This document shows positions 1 to 8,367 of a stretch of 32,857 nucleotides of DNA, piece after piece. The stretch covers positions 1 to 32,857 of the forward strand of contig JAHQWS010000202.1 of assembly GCA_029856295.1 (NCBI GenBank). The letters run 5' to 3'. Position 1 is the first letter of the stretch, and each line of letters opens with the position of its first letter. The DNA comes from Promethearchaeia archaeon. GTDB lineage: Archaea > Asgardarchaeota > Lokiarchaeia > Sigyniarchaeales > SOKP01. A model generated the notes under the pieces. That model searched no databases, was not told the DNA's origin, and worked only from the letters and a program-made list of their open reading frames with translations. Position numbers and translations under genes: made by a program.

Positions 1-154
1 ATCTATCAGTGGCAATTATAATTCTGATATCTTCCCGGATATAATTATCACGTACTTTGCCTTTATACAGCCTTCCTAATGAAGAGAAATTAGTTTCAGT
101 TAGCGTATTATCGAATTGTCTTTTAATTATCTCGTCAATCTTTTCTATTGGCAT
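1..154 (-). CDS. purC: SAICAR synthase (phosphoribosylaminoimidazole-succinocarboxamide synthase), N-terminal fragment; gene runs off the window start
   Basis: Not in the ORF track. A minus-strand ATG at 152-154 opens a frame that stays open to position 1: MPIEKIDEIIKRQFDNTLTETNFSSLGRLYKGKVRDNYIREDIRIIIATDR. The GKVRD-x-Y ... ATDR pattern matches the PurC/ADE1 N-terminus as I remember it. Confidence 0.55.
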   Translation of the reverse strand, partial: MPIEKIDEIIKRQFDNTLTETNFSSLGRLYKGKVRDNYIREDIRIIIATDR

Positions 155-262
155 TTTTTTCGAGTTTATTTTCCTTTTGAATTGTATTTTTTATTTTTTT
201 TTATAATTAAATCCTTTTTATTAACATAAAAATAAATATAGCTACCCAAGAACTGGATTCAT

Positions 263-631
263 TTATTTTTTATAAAAAATTCCATTGTTAAATTCTTTAA
301 TTGAGTATTTTTTCTTATTTATTTCCATTTTTTTGATAAAAGATTGAGCCAAATCAATATTTAAAGAATTAGCAAGGCTGATCAAATAAATCAGAACATC
401 TGCAATCTCGTTTGATATTTGATCAACAAGTTCTTCATTCTGTAAGATATTATCCTTCGTCATTTCTTTAAATAAAAATAATTCTGATAATTCAGCAGCT
501 TCAATTTGAAGTGCTTGAATCAAATTCTTTGGCGTATGATATCGTGTCCATTCGCGTTCTTCCACGAACTTTTTCACATCATTTTTTAAAGATGAAATAA
601 CAGTATTTTTATCATTCCTATTAGAGTCCAT
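263..631 (-). CDS. MazG-like nucleoside triphosphate pyrophosphohydrolase (dCTPase/DCTPP1-like, all-alpha NTP-PPase)
   Basis: 122-aa ORF with an ATG start. The motifs FVEEREWTRYHTPKNLIQALQIEAAELSELF and EIADVLIYL are typical of small MazG-family proteins (EExxE/D metal-binding helices). Confidence 0.75.
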   Translation of the reverse strand: MDSNRNDKNTVISSLKNDVKKFVEEREWTRYHTPKNLIQALQIEAAELSELFLFKEMTKDNILQNEELVDQISNEIADVLIYLISLANSLNIDLAQSFIKKMEINKKKYSIKEFNNGIFYKK

Positions 632-676
632 ATTAATTTCACGATGTTTTTGAGTAAATTTAGGTATATTTAATAC

Positions 677-748
677 TCACTTGAGATCTTTAATAAAATT
701 ACATATTAATTCGTTAATTATCTCTTTACGTTGTGCTGGAAAAAAATG
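677..748 (-). pseudogene. Relic of the last ~23 codons of a second alpha/beta-hydrolase gene, paralogous to 1351-2175
   Basis: The minus-strand reading HFFPAQRKEIINELICNFIKDLK* aligns codon for codon with the intact hydrolase C-terminus HFAPAQRKDVVNELILNFIRDLK* (1351-1422). Similarity stops 2 nt before the stop codon of the neighbouring gene (751-753). Confidence 0.6.
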
Positions 749-750
749 AG

Positions 751-1170
751 TTATTTGCGTTCTTCAACTTTAAGTTCCATGACAATGTTACCCCATCCGC
801 CACATTCTAAACCCACATCTGAACACCCTGCTACGTTAAATGGCATTTTATTGGGATCTTGACCAGCCCATAGTAATGTTGTTGCACTATGTACTAAGTT
901 TCCAGCAGCACTCAAAGCGGACATACAAATTCTCTTAGGAGAGAGTTTTGTAAGCAAGTTTCCGAACCCATTAAAATAAAATTTGTCTCCAACTTTATGC
1001 TCACCATCACAGCCGTGAGACTTAATTACTTCTACGATTATTGTCTTATTTCCTAAATCAGGTGCTTTCTTAAGAATTTCAATGTTTTTCGGATTTTCCA
1101 TAAAAATCTTCATTTCGTCATCTGTAAATTCTAAACGCCTTTTAAGATTATTTAAATCTTCTTCTGACAT
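751..1170 (-). CDS. TIGR04076-like small Cys-containing protein of unknown function
   Basis: 139-aa ORF with an ATG preceded by GAGAGGA. The core SHGCDGEHKVGDKFYF ... SPKRICMSAL ... AGCSDVGLECGGWGNIVMELKV matches my memory of the TIGR04076 family. This needs an HMM check. Confidence 0.5.
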   Translation of the reverse strand: MSEEDLNNLKRRLEFTDDEMKIFMENPKNIEILKKAPDLGNKTIIVEVIKSHGCDGEHKVGDKFYFNGFGNLLTKLSPKRICMSALSAAGNLVHSATTLLWAGQDPNKMPFNVAGCSDVGLECGGWGNIVMELKVEERK

Positions 1171-1350
1171 TATAATTTCCTCTCAATAAACGTTAATTTA
1201 TCCTTATTTTTTTAGTTTAATTCTCATTATTATTCTTAAATTTAAATCATTTTTTGTTATTTGAATTTTTTGAAGATTAATTGGATGAGAAATGCACAAA
1301 ATGGATATTGTATTCCAGATACCGTTGATTGGATCATATTGAGATAATAA

Positions 1351-2175
1351 TCATTTAAGATCTCTAATAAAATTTAATATCAATTCATTCACTACATCTT
1401 TACGCTGAGCAGGAGCAAAATGACCTGCCATATCAATGATTTCTAATTGAGAATTGGGAATCTTTTTATGTAATTCTTCCGACATTTGTTCGGGTGCGAA
1501 ATTATCCAGCCTTCCCCCAATAATTAAAGTTGGGCATTTGATATTAGGATCGTATCCTTTTATCTCAGTAATCATTCTAAATATCTGATCTTCAATTTTC
1601 ATGTATAATTCTTCTTTCGACAAATCTATATTATAAACTGAGTTGGATAACGCTGTAATTATGTATGGAATAGTTTTATCTAGGACATCTTCAACTGTAT
1701 TCGCAACTACATCCAAGAAATTCATACGAATAAAATACGGCAGCAAATTATAGAACATATTTCGAATTACGTTATCAATCATTATATATCCAGAATTTAA
1801 TAAAATGAGGAACTTGGTATCTTCAGGATGACTTATGCAAATTAATTGAGCAATCATTCCTCCGACGAGTGAATGCCCTATAATGCCATATTTTTCCTTT
1901 ACTCCTAGAAATTTTAAAAGATCCTCTAAATCTCTAATAATTTCATATCTAATATTTTTTGAAATGTTTAGTTCTTTTGTGTGTTCGCTTTTGCCATGCC
2001 CTAATGCGTCAAAGGCAATAATTCTATAGAAATTTTTTAAGACTTTTATTTGTGCCTTGAAGAACGAGGCTGAAGATGCGAAACCGTGAAGTAAGATAAT
2101 AATCCCTTTATCAGAAGAAGGGTTAATATCTTCATAATAGAGATTGTATCCCTCTCGATTGTTAAAGTACGGCAT
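1351..2175 (-). CDS. Alpha/beta-fold hydrolase
   Basis: 274 aa. HG oxyanion motif (ILLHGFASS), nucleophile elbow variant GHSLVGG, late Asp (GGRLDNF) and His (MAGHFAP), in the standard alpha/beta-hydrolase order. Confidence 0.85.
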   Translation of the reverse strand: MPYFNNREGYNLYYEDINPSSDKGIIILLHGFASSASFFKAQIKVLKNFYRIIAFDALGHGKSEHTKELNISKNIRYEIIRDLEDLLKFLGVKEKYGIIGHSLVGGMIAQLICISHPEDTKFLILLNSGYIMIDNVIRNMFYNLLPYFIRMNFLDVVANTVEDVLDKTIPYIITALSNSVYNIDLSKEELYMKIEDQIFRMITEIKGYDPNIKCPTLIIGGRLDNFAPEQMSEELHKKIPNSQLEIIDMAGHFAPAQRKDVVNELILNFIRDLK

Positions 2176-2498
2176 CTGTCAGCTTATCTATTCTTATTTG
2201 AATTATATCTTAAATTCAAGTAGTAAAAAATTTTATACAAAAAATACTTTTCTAAATCTAATTTTAAAGAAATAATTGGTAGGAAGAAGCTATACTTCAA
2301 AATGTACGGCATATATGCATAAAAACATTATGAAAAAATATTTAATAAAAATCTATGATATAATTCTCAACGTAATTAATGTCTCCATGAAAGATTTCAA
2401 TCCCCAATTTTGAGTAGATATATATTTAAAGAATTATCTTTATTCATCAATTAATAGTCCAATTAGATTTTAATACAATAAAGGAATCGGGAATTATA

Positions 2499-3431
2499 AT
2501 GGAATTTACAACTTTAGGGCGCACAGGATTAAAAGTATCTGTAATGGGAGTGGGATGCGGGGGTCCAAGCAAAGTAGGAAAAGCAACAGGAAAGACTACA
2601 GAAGAATCCGTAGCCCTTATTCGCCATGCTCTGGATAATGGCATTAATATTATTGATACATCAGAGCTTTATCGAACTGAAAGAATTGTTGGTGAGGCAA
2701 TAAAAGGATATGATCGCGAATCCATAATTATATCTACAAAAAAATCGGTATGGCGTAGTCTCACACCTAAAAATGTGGAGAAAAGTTTTGATAAAAGCCT
2801 TAAAAGCCTTGGTACAGATTATATTGACATATACCATCTTCATGCTGTACTTCCAGAAGATTATGAAAAAGTTATATCAGAAACTATTCCACCTCTCAAA
2901 AACCTACGAGATGAGGGAAAGATACGTTTTATTGGAATCACAGAAAGGTTTGATATTGATTTTCAGCATGTGATGCTTCAAAAAGCTTTAAAAGACGACT
3001 ATTGGGATGTTATGATGGTGGGCTTCAATATTTTAAATCAATGTGCTCGCGAGCTAATTTTTCCAGAAACGACTAAAAAAAATATTGGAACCTTAGTAAT
3101 GTTTCCTGTTCGCTTAGCACTCAGTAGACCTGAACGTCTGAGGCAAATTATTGATGAATTAATAGAAAAAGATGAATTTGATCCCTCTGATATTGACATG
3201 AATAATCCATTGGGCTTTCTTATCCATGAGGGTGGTGCTATAAATTTAGTTGATGCAGCTTATCGTTTCTGTAAATATGAGCCTGGAGCCGACGTTATTC
3301 TTTCTGGAACAGGAGATATTGAACATTTGAAGGCAAATATTGATTCATTCTCAAGGACACAGCTTCCGGATGAAGATATACTTAGACTAAAAAAAATTTT
3401 CCAAAATGTTGATTCTGTCTCTGGACAATAG
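2499..3431 (+). CDS. Aldo/keto reductase family oxidoreductase
   Basis: 310 aa. N-terminus LGRTGLKVSVMGVGCGG, then NIIDTSELY, YIDIYHLH and GKIRFIGITE, which are typical AKR blocks. Transcribed divergently from the hydrolase. Confidence 0.85.
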   Translation: MEFTTLGRTGLKVSVMGVGCGGPSKVGKATGKTTEESVALIRHALDNGINIIDTSELYRTERIVGEAIKGYDRESIIISTKKSVWRSLTPKNVEKSFDKSLKSLGTDYIDIYHLHAVLPEDYEKVISETIPPLKNLRDEGKIRFIGITERFDIDFQHVMLQKALKDDYWDVMMVGFNILNQCARELIFPETTKKNIGTLVMFPVRLALSRPERLRQIIDELIEKDEFDPSDIDMNNPLGFLIHEGGAINLVDAAYRFCKYEPGADVILSGTGDIEHLKANIDSFSRTQLPDEDILRLKKIFQNVDSVSGQ

Positions 3432-3466
3432 AAAAATGGAAAAATTATAGTTAAAAAATATAAAAA

Positions 3467-4924
3467 TTAGAGATCTTTGGTAACTCGCTTTTTTAGAAAA
3501 AGATCTAACACATTGGGCATGAAAAGTCTATTTAATTTCTTGTAAACCTTTACATTTGTTTTATTAGGATTGAATTCTTTTTCGAATCTAACCATTTTTT
3601 CAATCGCATCATCTAAACTTTTGTATTTTTTCAAACCACAATACCCTAAAATGGCGGCACCTAGAGCAGAACAGTCCTTAATTTCTGGAATAAGAATTTT
3701 TTTATTCATAACGTCGGATAATATTTGAGCCCATAAATCACTGTACATACCACCACCATCAGCTTTTATCTCTGTTGCTTTAATACGCCCAACCGCTTCT
3801 ATAAGTCCTAAGTACATTTGAGCGCTTAATGCTGATGATTCCATTATAGAACGTATCATATGTGCTCTGGTATGATTCCATCCTAAACCATGGAAAGTCC
3901 CCTTTCTAAACATTTGTAAAGGCAAAAACAATAAACCCTCGCTTCCGGGAGAAATTTGTGCTGCTTCTTTAGTTAAGACCTCATATACATTGACATTTTT
4001 TTCTTCACATTCTTTAGTTTGTAATTGAGAAAAGTTATCCTTAAACCATTTAAAAGCAATTCCAGTTCCTGGCATAGCACCTTCTAATATCCATTTTCCT
4101 TTAATAACATGGGGAAGTGGGAAGATGGGAATATCTCCAGGAGGAAGCTTTGCTGGTTCATTACCCGTTACGTAATTAACAAATGTATACGTTCCCATGG
4201 TCACTTTTGCTTGACCAGGATTTATCACTCCCATTCCTAAAGCTGAACATTGTTGATCCCCTCCTCCTAATATTACAGGAATATTGCTTTTTAGTCCTAG
4301 TTCTCCCGCTACTTCACTAGATAATTCACCAATTATTTCTCCTGGAGTACGGATTTCCGGCCATAATTCTAATGGTAAATCATATTTATCAGCGAGATTT
4401 GGATCCCAATCTAGTGTATTCGCATTCATAATTCCATACATTCCGTTTGTTGGCTCAGTAATACATAAATCTTTTCCACATAAGTTCATGTAGATGTATG
4501 TATCGGGAAAAATTATCTTATAAACCTTATTAAATATATCAGGTGCTTCGTTTTTCAACCATAACATTTTGGGAACCGATAACCTTAATCCTTCTTCAGC
4601 TTGGAAATCCATCCCTCTTTCATCCATCGCTAACATGGCCGGATACAATACTTCCCTATTTTTATCAATGATTGTTGCATTTACACGTAGAATTCCTCCA
4701 GTTACCCCAATAATATCATCTATATTTACTTTTTTAACAACTTGTTTACATATATTCTTGGTAGCAGTCCACCACATTTTAGGATCTTGTTCTGCAATAC
4801 CAAATGGGTGTTTAACAACAGGGTATTCTTCATAAGCACTGGCAATTTCTTTTCCATTGATGTCAAAAATAATGGTTCTTGACCCCGTTGTCCCAACGTC
4901 AAAGACAACCAATAATTCGCTCAT
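3467..4924 (-). CDS. FGGY-family carbohydrate/polyol kinase, array copy 1 (most diverged)
   Basis: FDVGTTGSRT phosphate loop, GGGDQQCSALGMGV...GQAKVTMGTYTF (GlpK-like GDQQ block), HGLGWNHTRAHMIRSIMES and ADGGGM. I place the start at the ATG at 4924 (MSELLVVFD). The ORF-track GTG at 4933 sits inside the AAGTGAT Shine-Dalgarno-like motif. Confidence 0.85.
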   Translation of the reverse strand: MSELLVVFDVGTTGSRTIIFDINGKEIASAYEEYPVVKHPFGIAEQDPKMWWTATKNICKQVVKKVNIDDIIGVTGGILRVNATIIDKNREVLYPAMLAMDERGMDFQAEEGLRLSVPKMLWLKNEAPDIFNKVYKIIFPDTYIYMNLCGKDLCITEPTNGMYGIMNANTLDWDPNLADKYDLPLELWPEIRTPGEIIGELSSEVAGELGLKSNIPVILGGGDQQCSALGMGVINPGQAKVTMGTYTFVNYVTGNEPAKLPPGDIPIFPLPHVIKGKWILEGAMPGTGIAFKWFKDNFSQLQTKECEEKNVNVYEVLTKEAAQISPGSEGLLFLPLQMFRKGTFHGLGWNHTRAHMIRSIMESSALSAQMYLGLIEAVGRIKATEIKADGGGMYSDLWAQILSDVMNKKILIPEIKDCSALGAAILGYCGLKKYKSLDDAIEKMVRFEKEFNPNKTNVKVYKKLNRLFMPNVLDLFLKKRVTKDL

Positions 4925-5101
4925 TTTAATCACTTAAAGAAAGTTTAACCAATTTTGGATTATAAATTAATAGATATCAAATTATATTATATTATTATTT
5001 CGGTTATATCTTATATTTTAATCTTTTCTTTTTTAATTATGCTGGAACAATCTTATCTACTCCAGTTTGCTTACTTAAAAATTTACAATATAAATAAGAA
5101 T

Positions 5102-6562
5102 TTAGAGATCTTTTGTAACACGCTTTTTTTGATAAATATCCAATAAAGTTGGCATAAACAGTCTATTAAGTTTTTTGTAAATTTTTACGTTGTCTTTAAT
5201 GGGATTAAATTCTTTTTCAAATCGTACCATTTTTTCTATTGCATCATTTAAACTATTGTATTTCTTGCACCCATAAAAACCTAGAATTGCGGCCCCCATT
5301 GCTGCACCATCTCTGTTCTCTGGAACTAAAATTTTTTTTGACATAATATCCGCAAAAATCTGTGCCCATACATCGCTATTCATCGCACCTCCATCCGACT
5401 TTACTTCAGAGACTTTAGCACCTCCAATAGCTTCTAGCATCCCCATATACATCTGCGCACTTAATGCTGCTGATTCCATGATGGCACGTATCATATGGGC
5501 TCTGGTATGGTTCCAGCCTAGACCATGGATGGTTCCTTTTTTTAATATATATAAGGGCACAAATAGTAGTCCTTCACTTCCTGGTTTAATCCCCTCTGCT
5601 TCTTTCGCTAATTCGGCATATACGTTAAGATGTTTTTCTTCACATTCTTTAATTTGTAATTGTGAAAAATTATCTTTAAACCATTTGAATGCCATCCCTG
5701 TACCAGGTATCGCTCCCTCAATAATCCATTTGCCTTTAATAACATGCGGTAGAGGGAAAATGGGAATATCTCCTGGAGGAAGTTTTGCTGGTTCAGTACC
5801 TGTAACATAATCCACACAAGTTACCGTACCCGTAGTTACTTTTGCTTGTCCTTTCTCAATAACTCCTAATCCTAAGGCAGCAGATTGTTGATCTCCTCCT
5901 CCTAAAACTACGGGAACATTACTTTTAAGCCCTAAATTTCCTGCAGCTTCGCTTGATAATTCACCAATGATTTCTCCGGGTATATGGAGTTCTGGCCATA
6001 ATTCGATGGGTATACCATATAATTCAGCAAGTTTTGGATCCCACTCAAAAGTTTCTTTGCTCATAATTCCTTGAATCCCATTTGTATGATCTGTAACAAA
6101 TAAATCTTTACCGCATAATTTCATGTAAATATATGTATCTGTGAAGAAAATTTTGTAAGTTTGATTATACAAATCAGGCTTGTGGTTTTTGATCCATAGT
6201 ATTTTAGAAACAGTTATTCTTAAATCTTCATCAATAGTTGTATCAAATACCTCTCTCTCATCCATCCATGTTAATGCCGGATGCAAAACTTCCCCCTTCT
6301 TACCAATAATACCAGCAGTTGCCCGTTGAAAAGAAGCACATACTCCAACAATATCGTTAGGATTTACATTTTTTACAGCAATATTACAAGTATTTTTAAC
6401 TGCATTCCACCAAATCATTGGATCTTGTTCAGAAATACCAACTGGCTGTTTTTCAAGTGGATATTCCTCGTAAGCTCTTGCAATTTCTTTTCCATTTATG
6501 TCAAAAATAATAGTTCTTGCCCCTATTGTCCCAATATCAAACACAACTATTAGATCGCTCAT
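5102..6562 (-). CDS. FGGY-family carbohydrate/polyol kinase, array copy 2 (altered phosphate loop)
   Basis: Same architecture as copy 1. Start moved to the ATG at 6562 (MSDLIVVFD), with GGGTGA upstream. The loop reads DIGTIGAR rather than D-x-GTTG(T/S)R, and GGGDQQSAALG replaces ...QQC.... Confidence 0.8.
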   Translation of the reverse strand: MSDLIVVFDIGTIGARTIIFDINGKEIARAYEEYPLEKQPVGISEQDPMIWWNAVKNTCNIAVKNVNPNDIVGVCASFQRATAGIIGKKGEVLHPALTWMDEREVFDTTIDEDLRITVSKILWIKNHKPDLYNQTYKIFFTDTYIYMKLCGKDLFVTDHTNGIQGIMSKETFEWDPKLAELYGIPIELWPELHIPGEIIGELSSEAAGNLGLKSNVPVVLGGGDQQSAALGLGVIEKGQAKVTTGTVTCVDYVTGTEPAKLPPGDIPIFPLPHVIKGKWIIEGAIPGTGMAFKWFKDNFSQLQIKECEEKHLNVYAELAKEAEGIKPGSEGLLFVPLYILKKGTIHGLGWNHTRAHMIRAIMESAALSAQMYMGMLEAIGGAKVSEVKSDGGAMNSDVWAQIFADIMSKKILVPENRDGAAMGAAILGFYGCKKYNSLNDAIEKMVRFEKEFNPIKDNVKIYKKLNRLFMPTLLDIYQKKRVTKDL

Positions 6563-6718
6563 ATTGTTCACCCAAATTAAGTTTAACCAATTATGGATTT
6601 CAAATTAAAAATTAACAAATAAAAGTTCCTTAATTATTAATTTAGATATCTTTCGTATTTTAATCTTTTCATCTGTTTGAGGAAGGTTATTCCTTTTTAA
6701 TTTAAAATTTAGAATTAG

Positions 6719-6728
6719 AAAAAAAAAA
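6719..6728 (-). terminator. Oligo-T (T10) tract 8-17 nt downstream of the FGGY copy 3 stop; candidate archaeal intrinsic terminator
   Basis: A10 run on the plus strand at 6719-6728. Oligo-T tracts are the known archaeal termination signal. Confidence 0.35.
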
Positions 6729-6735
6729 TAAGAAT

Positions 6736-8196
6736 TTAAAGACCTTTTGTTACCCGTTTTTTATCAAATATATCTAATACAGTTGGCATAAATAGTCGAT
6801 TAAGTTTTTTGTAAATTTTTACGTTATCCTTTATGGGATTAAATTCTTTTTCGAATCTTACCATTTTTTCAATCGCATCATTAAAACTGCTATATTTCTC
6901 GCATCCGTAAAATCCTAAAATAGCAGCACCTAATGCCGCTCCATCTCTATTCTCTGGAAGGATTATTTTTTTTGACATTATGTCCGCATAAATCTGTGCC
7001 CACAAGTCACTATTCATAGCTCCTCCGTCTGATTTTAATTCAGAGACTTTAGCACCCCCAATAGCTTCTAACATCCCCATATACATTTGCGCACTAAGGG
7101 CTGCTGATTCCATTATCGCACGAATCATATGCGCTCTGGTATGATTCCACCCTAGACCATGGATAGTTCCCTTTCTGAATACATATAAGGGCACAAATAG
7201 TAATCCTTCACTTCCAGGTTTAATATTCTCTGCTTCTTTCGCTAATTCAGCATATACGTTGAGATTTTTTGCTTCGCATTCTTTAGCTTGTAATTGCGAA
7301 AAGTTATCCTTAAACCATTTTAGTGCTGTCCCTGTTCCTGGCATAGCGCCCTCAATAATCCATTTTCCTTTAATAACATGCGGTAATGGGAATATGGGAA
7401 CATCTCCAGCTGGAGTTGCCGGTGTATCACCAGTAACATAATCAACAAATGTTCCAGTTCCGGTAGTTACTTTTGCCTGTCCTTTTTCAATAACTCCTAA
7501 ACCTAAAGCAGCACATTGCTGGTCTCCTCCTCCCAGGATTACAGGGATGTTGCTTTTTAATCCTAGTTCTCCTGCAGCTTCGCTCGATAATTCACCAATT
7601 ATTTCTCCCGGAGTATGGAGTTCTGGCCACAATTCGATTGGTACGCCATATGATTCGGCAAGTTTTGGATCCCAATCTAGAGTTTCCTTGCTCATTATAC
7701 CCATAATCCCATTTGTAGGATCTGTAACAATTAAGTCTTTCCCGCACAATTTCATGTATATGTATGTATCTGGAAAGAATATTTTAGAAGCTTGATTATA
7801 CAGGTCAGGTTTATTGTTTTTGAGCCATAATATTTTAGGAACGGTTCTTCTTAATTCTTCATGATAAGTTGAAGCATCAATTACTTCTCTCTCATCCATC
7901 CATGTAAGTGCTGGATGTAAAACTTTTCCATCCTTATCAATAAGTCCGGCAGTTGCTCGTTGAAAGGAAGCACAAATTCCAATAATTTCATCTGGATTAA
8001 CTTTCTTTACAGCAATATTACAAGTACTTTTAACAGTATTCCACCAAATCATTGGATCTTGTTCAGAAATACCCACTGGTTGCTTCTTAAGAGTATATTC
8101 CTCATAAGCTCTTCCAATCTCTTTCCCATCAATATCAAATATTACTGTTCTTGTGCCAGTAGTCCCAACATCAAATACAACTATTAGATCGCTCAT
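6736..8196 (-). CDS. FGGY-family carbohydrate/polyol kinase, array copy 3
   Basis: FDVGTTGTRT, TWMDERE, GGGDQQCAALGLGV and SDGGAM. Start at the ATG at 8196, with ATGTGA upstream. A T10 tract follows the stop. Confidence 0.85.
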   Translation of the reverse strand: MSDLIVVFDVGTTGTRTVIFDIDGKEIGRAYEEYTLKKQPVGISEQDPMIWWNTVKSTCNIAVKKVNPDEIIGICASFQRATAGLIDKDGKVLHPALTWMDEREVIDASTYHEELRRTVPKILWLKNNKPDLYNQASKIFFPDTYIYMKLCGKDLIVTDPTNGIMGIMSKETLDWDPKLAESYGVPIELWPELHTPGEIIGELSSEAAGELGLKSNIPVILGGGDQQCAALGLGVIEKGQAKVTTGTGTFVDYVTGDTPATPAGDVPIFPLPHVIKGKWIIEGAMPGTGTALKWFKDNFSQLQAKECEAKNLNVYAELAKEAENIKPGSEGLLFVPLYVFRKGTIHGLGWNHTRAHMIRAIMESAALSAQMYMGMLEAIGGAKVSELKSDGGAMNSDLWAQIYADIMSKKIILPENRDGAALGAAILGFYGCEKYSSFNDAIEKMVRFEKEFNPIKDNVKIYKKLNRLFMPTVLDIFDKKRVTKGL

Positions 8197-8351
8197 GTTG
8201 TTCACATGAAAAAGGTTTAACTAATTATGGATTTCAAATTAATAGCTAAAAAATAAAAATGTATTAATTATTAAATCAGATATCTCCATATTTTAATCTT
8301 TTCTTCGGGCTAAGGAAAGTTATTCCTTTTTAAATTAAAATTTAGAATTAG

Positions 8352-8360
8352 AAAAAAAAA
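8352..8360 (-). terminator. Oligo-T (T9) tract downstream of the FGGY copy 4 stop; candidate archaeal intrinsic terminator
   Basis: A9 run on the plus strand at 8352-8360, in the same relative position as the 6719-6728 tract. Confidence 0.35.
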
Positions 8361-8367
8361 TAAAAAT

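Noticed and set aside
2198-2219. 7-bp inverted repeat (TTGAATT-n8-AATTCAA) 23-45 nt upstream of the hydrolase start, considered as a candidate operator.
   Set aside because: It is short and made entirely of A/T plus one G/C pair. Palindromes like this are expected by chance in spacers this AT-rich, and I have no second copy or other conservation evidence.
4955-5146. 63-aa hydrophobic ORF in the spacer between kinase copies 1 and 2.
   Set aside because: It starts at a TTG, runs into the 3' end of kinase copy 2, and is not conserved as an open frame in the homologous spacers 6563-6735 and 8197-8367. It is probably an AT-rich chance ORF.
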